DNA of 34,842 nucleotides from a virus (Duplodnaviria > Caudoviricetes). Positions 7,839 to 15,410 of this stretch are shown here, one piece after another (position 1 is the first letter of the stretch; every line of letters begins with the position of its first letter). The stretch lies in the IMG/VR virus record IMGVR_UViG_3300030102_001931, positions 1 to 34,842 of that record. One strand, 5' to 3'. A program made the translations under genes and the position numbers. The notes below the pieces were generated by a model. The model worked only from the letters and a program-made list of their open reading frames with translations. It had not been told where the DNA came from and did no database searches.

Positions 7839-8453
7839 GGGAGCCGTCATGACTGCGCAGTAATGCCTATGGAGGACCGCTCCCACCAGTTAGGGGAGGG
7901 TCATCAATGCGGCGCAGCAATGCCCCCTTTCGGGCACCCTTCCCGATCAGTTTATGGAGGCCAAAAATCCGCCACAGGAACGTCACCCCGACACCGCCTC
8001 CACCAGTTAGGGGAGGGTCAAGCTATCGGCGCAGCAATGCCATTAGAGATCTGCCCTTCCCGATCAGTTTATGGGAGCCAGTCGCGTTACGCAGCAATGC
8101 CCTGCAACCAATTGCTCCCACCAGTTAGGGGAGGGTCACGAAGCCGTCGCAGCAATGCCCCTGTGAACACACCCTCCTCGATTAGTTTTACGGAGGCCAA
8201 AAATCCTCCACAGGATCGTCACACCGACACCGCCTCCACCAATTTACGAGAGGTCAGCTTCGATTCGCAGAAATGCCATTTATCGAACGCCTCTCAAGGG
8301 AAGGGTCAATTAACCATCACAGGAATGTCATAAGGAGAACACCCTTCCACCAGTTTTGGGCCACTCTTCTAACTCCGAAAGGACAAGACGCCGCCGCCCA
8401 ATTTCACCAGAGGCCAACATAAAAACGCAGCAATGCCAAAAGGAACCCGCCTC
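7839..8453 (+). ncRNA. Stem-loop TIGR array (tandem interspaced guide RNA), 11 dual-spacer units
   Basis: Each unit = stem-CA-9 nt spacer A-13 nt loop repeat (CGCAGCAATGCCA type)-9 nt spacer B-Y-stem. Units at 7839-7884, 7893-7944, 7956-8001, 8010-8061, 8073-8119, 8128-8179, 8192-8237, 8248-8295, 8299-8348, 8356-8401, 8410-8453. Confidence 0.88.
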
Positions 8454-8472
8454 GCAACCAAGGAGATCCAAT

Positions 8473-9210
8473 ATGGATACAAGATATGAAGACCCGACTA
8501 TCGCACAAATAAACTACTACTGGCGTGACCGCCAGAACATGGTACGAGCCGACACCAAACTGGTGTTGCAGATTAAAGCCATGTGCCGATCTTTACGAGA
8601 CGGTGACAAGAAAGAAGGTGATAAGTTCTACAAAGAACTAAGCACTGGTCAGGCTACACTGATCGAATACTCACAGTTCAATGCGTTGTTCGAGGCACGT
8701 AAGCCAATACTGCAAGAGCGTAAGCGTCTTGAAAAACAACTAGCCAACTATGCCAAGATACTGCCTGTCTCAACTTTTGTAGACAAGGTAAAAGGTTTCG
8801 GGCATCTTGGTCTTGCAGCCACTGTTGGAGAGATAGGCGACTTCATGGCCTATGACAAAGAACTTGACGGAATATACAAACGTGCAGGACTTGCCGTTAT
8901 TGAAGGTGAGCGTCAACGCAAACACTCCAACAAAGACATGGCTATACTGCATGGCTACAGTCCATCAAGACACGCTGTATTCTGGACAATCGGAGACAGT
9001 TTGTTGAAAGCCCAAGGAAAAGAAGAGAACGCAGGTCCATACAGACAAATCTATGACACTCGAAAGTTGATGGAACGTGAGAGAGTTGAGACGGACGGAC
9101 ACGCCCACAACAGGGCACTGCGGTACATGACTAAACGACTGATTAAAGATCTATACATAGAATGGAAAGGAGTATCTGATGATCAAGGAGTTCTGGAAAC
9201 GATTAACTAG
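8473..9210 (+). CDS. tasA: TasA-like RNA-guided DNA-binding protein (Nop/IS110 C-terminal domain, no RuvC/HNH)
   Basis: 245 aa from ATG 8473 (AAGGAG SD at 8460-65). Coiled coil, then VKGFGHLGLAATVGEIGDF, YKRAGL and HAHNRALRYMTKRLIKDLY motifs; no DEDD RuvC domain; directly follows the array. Confidence 0.85.
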   Translation: MDTRYEDPTIAQINYYWRDRQNMVRADTKLVLQIKAMCRSLRDGDKKEGDKFYKELSTGQATLIEYSQFNALFEARKPILQERKRLEKQLANYAKILPVSTFVDKVKGFGHLGLAATVGEIGDFMAYDKELDGIYKRAGLAVIEGERQRKHSNKDMAILHGYSPSRHAVFWTIGDSLLKAQGKEENAGPYRQIYDTRKLMERERVETDGHAHNRALRYMTKRLIKDLYIEWKGVSDDQGVLETIN

Positions 9211-9421
9211 CAAGCAGCAAACTAATCAGAAGCTGTCACGCAAGGAGCAGATCCTTGCTGAGTTGGAGAGAGGTCAGGGAACCGCGAGGCAACTATCGGA
9301 TCGCATGGGTTTGAAGCTCTCGATCATTCGACCACAACTATCGGCGCTGCACAACAAAGGATTAATTCGTGACACGAATGTAGATGCAGGGGCCGAGGGC
9401 GTATGGGAGGTGGTCAAATAG
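9179..9421 (+). CDS. Winged-HTH DNA-binding protein
   Basis: EQILAEL...TARQLSDRMGLKLSIIRPQLSALHNKGLI. Confidence 0.8.
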   Translation: MIKEFWKRLTSKQQTNQKLSRKEQILAELERGQGTARQLSDRMGLKLSIIRPQLSALHNKGLIRDTNVDAGAEGVWEVVK

Positions 9422-9627
9422 CTGCGAAGTTCTTAGGCGTGAGGCCGCAGGGCGAGAGGCGAGTAAGTCAACTTAACCTGCACTGCGGTCTATGTGGATG
9501 GATGTGGAGTCCGGCTCGATATCCAATGTCACTGGATCAATTAGAAGAAAGAAAAAATCAACCATGCGTTAAGTGCGGGAGTGCGGACGTAATGATATTT
9601 GAAGAGAGGATAGGATTGGATGATTAG
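9403..9627 (+). CDS. Zinc-ribbon protein (start uncertain)
   Basis: CGLC...CVKC. Confidence 0.55.
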   Translation: MGGGQIAAKFLGVRPQGERRVSQLNLHCGLCGWMWSPARYPMSLDQLEERKNQPCVKCGSADVMIFEERIGLDD

Positions 9628-9838
9628 AGAAACTAGAAAACTTACATTAAGGGAGCATATAACTCTTGTTTACGATGAGGACATACCGATGCACTTAGGT
9701 ATTCAACTTGGAGACTATACAGAAAACTTTACTTTAGAGGAGGCTGAAAGAATTAAAAGTTTTGTAACCACGGCTTGTACTAAAATAAAAACTGAGGCGA
9801 CAAAGCCAATCCCGAAACGATTAGAAAGTATTAAGTGA
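9620..9838 (+). CDS. Hypothetical protein
   Basis: Coupled ORF. Confidence 0.65.
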   Translation: MIRETRKLTLREHITLVYDEDIPMHLGIQLGDYTENFTLEEAERIKSFVTTACTKIKTEATKPIPKRLESIK

Positions 9839-10071
9839 TGTTTAAATTATTTTACACGTTATTGATTATTGAATACGTGGTCGAGGACCAAGACGTATCG
9901 ACCTCTGTTATTTTTCCTAGTGAAGAGGCTTGTTATGATGCTTTTGGTGATGGAGTTCTCGACAATCTGTACGATGTGCTTGCCGACACATATGGCAAGG
10001 AGATCATGATGTACTGTAAGAAGACACCCTTCCCATCAAGCGAACCTACTAAACCACAGCCACGACCATGA
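9835..10071 (+). CDS. Hypothetical protein
   Basis: Hydrophobic N-terminus; FPSEEAC motif. Confidence 0.65.
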   Translation: MMFKLFYTLLIIEYVVEDQDVSTSVIFPSEEACYDAFGDGVLDNLYDVLADTYGKEIMMYCKKTPFPSSEPTKPQPRP

Positions 10072-10229
10072 AGAAGCCTAAACCAAGGATGAACAGATGG
10101 ACCGAGGCACAAAAGGAATGGCTAGGGTACAAACGAAGGATGGCTACGCTTGACAAGAAAGACGTAAGCCTGTCCGAAGCTCCTTGGGAAGAGGAGCCAG
10201 AAGAGGAGGATGTAGACAATGGGGGATGA
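10068..10229 (+). CDS. Hypothetical protein (53 aa, not in ORF track)
   Basis: ATGA-coupled; MKKPKPRMNRWTEAQKEW... Confidence 0.6.
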   Translation: MKKPKPRMNRWTEAQKEWLGYKRRMATLDKKDVSLSEAPWEEEPEEEDVDNGG

Positions 10230-10407
10230 GTCACTAAGCCCTGCACATAAGTTTGAGTATAGATTTCTGAAGCAACAGGTAGATAACCTTGAGGCGGAAC
10301 AATATCGATATGATGCTCGACCTAACGTGCAACAAGATTTGTTTCATGCTCGAAGGGATTTAAAAGAATTTGTTTCTAAACTTAGAATGAACGGAGTTAA
10401 GATATAA
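10219..10407 (+). CDS. Hypothetical protein
   Basis: GGAGG SD; last gene of the early operon. Confidence 0.7.
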   Translation: MGDESLSPAHKFEYRFLKQQVDNLEAEQYRYDARPNVQQDLFHARRDLKEFVSKLRMNGVKI

Positions 10408-10440
10408 AAAATGGGGACCATTCTTTGGTCCCCTTAGTTT
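10406..10440. terminator. Probable bidirectional intrinsic terminator
   Basis: A-run, GGGGACCA-TTCTT-TGGTCCCC, T-rich tail, between convergent genes. Confidence 0.65.
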
Positions 10441-10503
10441 GCCGAGGCATCGAGTGGATAGGTATGGAGCAGAAACCCACCACAGGCAAGTACAGTCTAT
10501 CGA

Positions 10504-10719
10504 CTATTTCTTTTCGGTCAACTTTTTTCGAGGGTTTTCTTTTTTATATCCTCGAACCTCGTGGGGCCGCAGGGTTGACCATCCCCGGGCGAACGCCCTG
10601 GCAACATCCAGGTCAAGTCCAGTTAGCTCTGCTATTTCTTTTGCAGCAGTGGTTTCAGATGCGTACCCAACGCAACGCTCTTCGAGCAGCTTAGTTATTT
10701 TGGGGTCAAAGTTAGCCAT
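10504..10719 (-). CDS. Hypothetical protein
   Basis: GAGG SD; overlaps helicase stop. Confidence 0.6.
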   Translation of the reverse strand: MANFDPKITKLLEERCVGYASETTAAKEIAELTGLDLDVARAFARGWSTLRPHEVRGYKKENPRKKLTEKK

Positions 10720-12158
10720 TGTTTTACTTCCTCACCAAGAACCTTTGCACCTAGTTCGATCTTGGCTTGCAAGGATCTCACAATCTTCTCGTCGATAGTG
10801 CCATCCGTTATTAGATCAATGTATGTCACGTTACTCTTCTGTCCAATCCTGTGCGCTCGATCTTCAGACTGCATCCGAGTTTCGAGGTTAAAGTCATTAG
10901 CATAGTACACCACGAGATTTGCCTCGGTCAACGTCAGACCATAGCCTGCGGTTGCAGGGTTGCCGACAAAGAACCGAAGGTTCGAGGACGGATCTTGAAA
11001 CCTATCGATGATCGATTGTCGAAGATCATCCGAGGTGTCACCATAGTAAGCAGCAGCGGATCCTTCTCCGAACTCTTTGTTCAGTGCGTCTGTGATTGTC
11101 TGGATGTCATGACGGAAGCGGCTCCAGATTAGAGCTTTGCCATCATGCTCCTCGAGAATATCCGTAAGCGCGTTGGGCCGCAGGGAAGGAAACGTTACCA
11201 TCTCTCCGTCGTCTGTCTTCAGGTGGCCCGATAGGATTTGCTGCAAGCGCAAAAGCTGTGTGATTACAGCAGGGGCCGTGGTCATCTCTCCATCCTCGAG
11301 CATGACGAGTGCATACTTACGGATGGATTCGTACATAGCTTTCTGTTCTTTGGTCATCTCGACGTATCGAACAGAGTAAACTTTTTCTGGGAGATCGAGG
11401 CATTCTTTCTTGAGCACTCGATAGCTGAACCCGTCGATCTTTTTCGTAAGCTCTTCTATGTTTCGATAGCCTACGATCTGATTGAAAGACTTGGCTCCCA
11501 TCTTTTGTTTGATCATGACTGCATATCGGTGTTGAAAAGCATAGAACGAATCGTAACCAAGGATGCCATGTTGTAGAAAGTCAGCCTGTGCATATATATC
11601 GAGCGGACTTTTTGTTATCGGAGATCCAGTAAGCAGCCGTTTGAACTTGAAGCCCTGAGATATTTTGCATAAGTTCTTTGTGCGTTTGGCTGTATGGTTC
11701 TTTATAGTGGTCGCTTCATCGATAGCAATCAGGCCATTGGCCCCAAACGCACGACCCAACCACTCTCCTGCCTGCTTGCCTTTCACTGTAGAGAAAGCCT
11801 CGACGTTCATGACAAAGATGGTAAGCCCATCGAACTTGTCTTTCACGGAGCGCATTTCCTCCTGTTGTTTCTTGTTGGGTCCACTGACCCACCGAATCAC
11901 TCGATGTGGCACATCACCCGACATATGTTCGGGGATTTCTTTGGCTACCCAGTTTCGATACACACCTTTTGGTGCGATGATCAGAGCGAAGTTAATCAAT
12001 CCGGCGGCGTAAAGCATACCCATGTTGTCGATCAACACTTTCGATTTGCCTGTGCCCATCTCCATAAAAAAACCAAACGACGGTCTCTGTCCCGCTAGGT
12101 CCAAAGCAGTATTTTGATGTTTATATGGTTTTGTTTTAAATTTATACTTGTAATTCAT
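10695..12158 (-). CDS. SNF2-family (SF2) DNA helicase
   Basis: MEMGTGKS, IDEAT, LTGSP, GLTL, QSEDRAHRIGQ; start at 12158 with AAGGAG SD. Confidence 0.92.
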   Translation of the reverse strand: MNYKYKFKTKPYKHQNTALDLAGQRPSFGFFMEMGTGKSKVLIDNMGMLYAAGLINFALIIAPKGVYRNWVAKEIPEHMSGDVPHRVIRWVSGPNKKQQEEMRSVKDKFDGLTIFVMNVEAFSTVKGKQAGEWLGRAFGANGLIAIDEATTIKNHTAKRTKNLCKISQGFKFKRLLTGSPITKSPLDIYAQADFLQHGILGYDSFYAFQHRYAVMIKQKMGAKSFNQIVGYRNIEELTKKIDGFSYRVLKKECLDLPEKVYSVRYVEMTKEQKAMYESIRKYALVMLEDGEMTTAPAVITQLLRLQQILSGHLKTDDGEMVTFPSLRPNALTDILEEHDGKALIWSRFRHDIQTITDALNKEFGEGSAAAYYGDTSDDLRQSIIDRFQDPSSNLRFFVGNPATAGYGLTLTEANLVVYYANDFNLETRMQSEDRAHRIGQKSNVTYIDLITDGTIDEKIVRSLQAKIELGAKVLGEEVKQWLTLTPK

Positions 12159-12231
12159 CTCACGCTCCTTATATAGTCTTATATGTGGACCATGGTGGTT
12201 CACATTTCAACCCTGAAGAGGAAAAAAACTT

Positions 12232-12792
12232 ATGAGTGATTTATTTGAAGACTACTTCGATGATGGTGAGGCACTTGCCAAAGTCGATAGCGATACAGGA
12301 AAACAACTAAGTGATCTTGTTCGCTCACTTCGTAACGTCGAAAAGCAAATCGAGGACGCGGAGATTCATCTGAAAAGTTTGAAAGCCGAGAAGCACAAGC
12401 TATCAGTTGAGAACATCCCTGCTCTTATGGATGAGATGGGTATGGAACGGATTGACGTGGACGGGTTGACCGTCGAGCGTAAGATGATGGTCCATGCTTC
12501 TATTCCACAGGATCGCAAGGAAGAAGCTTTCGCATGGTTGCGTGATAAGGGATTGGACGACATCATAAAGAACGATGTCACTTGTTCGTTTGGCAAAGGC
12601 GAAGACAACATGGCAGGAGATGTAGTTGGCATGTTGAAAGAACGTGGGTTTGATCCAAAGACCAAGACCCATGTACATCCATCGACACTCAAGGCGTTCG
12701 TCAAAGAACGTGTCACGGATGGCAAACCAATCGACCTCGATATGTTCGGGGCATTTATCGCAAACGCAGCACAGATACGGAGGAAAGCATAA
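12232..12792 (+). CDS. Phage replication-region protein of unknown function
   Basis: Coiled coil; AFAWLRDKGLDDIIK and VHPSTLKAFVKE motifs; upstream of SSB. Confidence 0.8.
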   Translation: MSDLFEDYFDDGEALAKVDSDTGKQLSDLVRSLRNVEKQIEDAEIHLKSLKAEKHKLSVENIPALMDEMGMERIDVDGLTVERKMMVHASIPQDRKEEAFAWLRDKGLDDIIKNDVTCSFGKGEDNMAGDVVGMLKERGFDPKTKTHVHPSTLKAFVKERVTDGKPIDLDMFGAFIANAAQIRRKA

Positions 12793-13595
12793 TGGCTAAC
12801 GCAGTTGCAAAAGCAAAAGGTGTGGAAGTAAGCACAAACGTAATGGATGATATCCTAGATTTCGCAGGGGAGGGCGCAGTATTTGACAGCAGTGAAATGC
12901 AGATACCGTTCTTGCGTATCGCACAGGCATTGTCGCCACAGCTTAACAAAAAGAAACCAGAGCATATCGAAGGTATTTCTTCTGGTGACATGTACAATAC
13001 GGTGACGAACGAATACTTTGATGGCGAAGAGGGCGTTACTCTCGTCCCTTGTTATCAGACTACAAAGTATCTTGCGTTTATCCCTCGTGAACAGGGCGGT
13101 GGCTTTCAGGGTGAGATACCTGCTAACGATCCAATCCTTACACGAACGGAGAGACAAGGTTCAAAGGAGATCCTACCAACAGGCAACGAGTTGGTTAAGT
13201 CTGACCAACATTATTGTCTGCTGCTTAGTTCCGATGGTTCGTTCCAACCAGTTGTCGTGGACATGAAGTCTACACAACTCAAGGTCAGCCGTAGATGGAA
13301 GACACAGATTGCGATGCAGAAGATACCGCATCCAAAGACAGAGAAGCTTATTACTCCTCCTGTGTTTGCCACCTCTTGGAAGTTAACAACTACCGAAGAA
13401 AGCAATGACCAAGGTACATGGGCCAACTACCAAATTGCAAAGGTAGGTCTACTAGACAACAGAGATGTGTTGCTTGAAGCCAAAGCCTTCCGTGACAGTG
13501 TCGCGGCGGGTGAAGTCAAAGCGGTTAAAGATCCCGACCACGATCAAAGCGAGTCCCAATCCTCGATTGATCCAGAGAACGAAATACCGTTTTAG
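12792..13595 (+). CDS. Putative single-stranded DNA-binding protein
   Basis: IPFLRIAQALSPQ motif; acidic tail ending EIPF; position in the replication module. Confidence 0.6.
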   Translation: MANAVAKAKGVEVSTNVMDDILDFAGEGAVFDSSEMQIPFLRIAQALSPQLNKKKPEHIEGISSGDMYNTVTNEYFDGEEGVTLVPCYQTTKYLAFIPREQGGGFQGEIPANDPILTRTERQGSKEILPTGNELVKSDQHYCLLLSSDGSFQPVVVDMKSTQLKVSRRWKTQIAMQKIPHPKTEKLITPPVFATSWKLTTTEESNDQGTWANYQIAKVGLLDNRDVLLEAKAFRDSVAAGEVKAVKDPDHDQSESQSSIDPENEIPF

Positions 13596-13602
13596 TAACA
13601 CG

Positions 13603-13640
13603 AGGGTGGCGGTTTCTCCTATGATCGCCACCCTTTTTTG
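13603..13640 (+). terminator. Intrinsic terminator
   Basis: AGGGTGGCGGT...ATCGCCACCCT followed by a T-run. Confidence 0.75.
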
Positions 13641-13651
13641 ATTGGGAGTTT

Positions 13652-15193
13652 ATGATGTCAGTAGCTAAAAGAATGATGTCCATTTTTGAGGGATCGAAGA
13701 CTGGGTATCTTGTTACTAGGGTCAAGGGCAAAGGTCACAAGGGCAAGACTGAAGCAGAGTACAGAACTGTGCATGGTCAAGTTACAGAGAACATATTGCA
13801 GCAACATCTAGATGGAGACAGTGGTGTCGGTATTGTACCCATTGCTTCTGGGAATGTTTGTAAGTTCGGTGTCATCGACATCGATGTGTACGACCTAGAC
13901 CACAAGACCTTGCAGGCCAACATACGGCGGTTGAAGTTACCGCTTGTTCATTGCCGATCTAAATCAGGCGGTGCACATTTGTATTTGTTTTTGGATGACT
14001 GGGAATCCTGTGCATTGGTTCGAGAATCTTTGACAGAGATGCGGTCAGCGTTGGGCTTCAGCGGATCAGGAGAGTTGTTTCCTGCGCAGGAGATAATAAA
14101 CGACAAGGATGGAGAAGTGGGCAATGGGATTAACATCCCATACTTTAACTCGGAGATGCCTACTCGATATGCGTATAACGAACGCATGGAGGCTCTCGAG
14201 GTAGAAGAGTTTCTTAGTGTGGCGGAGAAGATCAAAGTTTCTATGGCTGCTGTTCAAGAGATTGATTTCAGTGGGTCTCGAGAATACTTTGAGGATGGCC
14301 CCATTTGTTTGCAGATCCTTGCATCGATGGGCAAGGTTACAGAGAACAGAAACATCGTGATGTTCAATGTGGGTGTGTACTGTAAGAACAAGTGGCCCGA
14401 CGATTGGGAAGAGCACCACGAAGAATACAACAGGCTGCTCTGTGATCCACCGTTGGGATCGAAGGAGATCGTCGATCAACAAAAGTCTCTGAAGAAAAAG
14501 GAAGGGTACTTCTACCAGTGCAATCAAACTCCTCTGAGGGACTACTGCAACAAGGCCAAGTGCAAGATGCAGAAGTTTGGCATAGGTTCGAGCACTGAGG
14601 ATCAAGCGCAGATCAGTGGTATTACTATCATGCTCTCCGAACCGCGACTTTATTTCATGAGCGTAGAAGGGAAGAGCCTGACGCTTTCGACGGATCAACT
14701 ACAGAACCCAACGCTATGGCAAAAGGCATGTATGGAGCAATTAGATATGATGCCTCCAGTTCCAAAGCGTGGAGACTGGCAACAGTTAATCAACAGTATG
14801 TTGAATACAGCAACGAAACAGGAAGTGGCACCAGAGCTTACAAGGGCAGGGCAGTTTCAAAACCTGCTGCGTAAATTCTGCACAAGCCATATCAGAGCCG
14901 TGGCACCAGAAGAAGTTTTGTCTGGAAAACCATGGACGGACAAGGGGAAAACAATGTTTCGTATCGATGCATTGGAGAAGTTCTTACGCAACAATGATTT
15001 CACTCACTTCACAACTGGGCGAATACAAGAACACATTCAGCGTTTGAACGAGGGGCAGGAGTGTCATGGGAAACTTAACTACACCAAAGAAGATGGTAAG
15101 CGTAGCACCACAAGGGTGTGGTGGGTTCCTGTGTTTGAAAACTTAGACGTAGATATCGATATCAAAGGAGAAAAATATGATATCCCATTCTGA
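13652..15193 (+). CDS. AEP-superfamily primase
   Basis: IDID (motif I), RSKSGGAHLYLF (motif II), Cys-containing helical domain. Confidence 0.8.
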   Translation: MMSVAKRMMSIFEGSKTGYLVTRVKGKGHKGKTEAEYRTVHGQVTENILQQHLDGDSGVGIVPIASGNVCKFGVIDIDVYDLDHKTLQANIRRLKLPLVHCRSKSGGAHLYLFLDDWESCALVRESLTEMRSALGFSGSGELFPAQEIINDKDGEVGNGINIPYFNSEMPTRYAYNERMEALEVEEFLSVAEKIKVSMAAVQEIDFSGSREYFEDGPICLQILASMGKVTENRNIVMFNVGVYCKNKWPDDWEEHHEEYNRLLCDPPLGSKEIVDQQKSLKKKEGYFYQCNQTPLRDYCNKAKCKMQKFGIGSSTEDQAQISGITIMLSEPRLYFMSVEGKSLTLSTDQLQNPTLWQKACMEQLDMMPPVPKRGDWQQLINSMLNTATKQEVAPELTRAGQFQNLLRKFCTSHIRAVAPEEVLSGKPWTDKGKTMFRIDALEKFLRNNDFTHFTTGRIQEHIQRLNEGQECHGKLNYTKEDGKRSTTRVWWVPVFENLDVDIDIKGEKYDIPF

Positions 15194-15410
15194 TGCGGAT
15201 AGTCCGCAGTTAATGAGGCTCAAGGACGTATGTTCGTTGTTGAGTATCTCAAAGGCCACTGTGTACAGGTGGGTCGATGAAGGAAAGTTTCCAGAGCCTG
15301 TGGTTCTGGGACAAGAAGAAGGAAAGCGTAGTGCTGTCCGTTGGTACATGACCGACGTGTTGAACTGGCTCGAGGCTCGTCCGAAGGGTGTGCAAAAAGA
15401 TGATTCCTAA
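15177..15410 (+). CDS. AlpA/excisionase-family HTH protein
   Basis: LMRLKDVCSLLSISKATVYRWVDEGKFPEP...VRW. Confidence 0.85.
   Translation: MISHSDADSPQLMRLKDVCSLLSISKATVYRWVDEGKFPEPVVLGQEEGKRSAVRWYMTDVLNWLEARPKGVQKDDS

Noticed and set aside
8073-8119. Guide 5 target translating as VALIGC (Rossmann-like)
   Set aside because: Six codons are too few to assign a target gene, and spacer B length is ambiguous.
7839-8453. CRISPR array
   Set aside because: Variable segments are paired 9-mers within hairpins rather than ~30-nt spacers between identical repeats; no cas genes.
7779-8472. ORFs 7779-8333, 7907-8128 and the 8356-8472 N-terminal extension of Tas
   Set aside because: Translations of the repeat array; the credible SD and ATG are at 8460-8475.
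8473-9210. Active IS110 transposase / bridge recombinase
   Set aside because: No N-terminal DEDD RuvC domain, no catalytic SG motif after AGL, no IS ends; embedded in a phage operon behind a multi-unit array.
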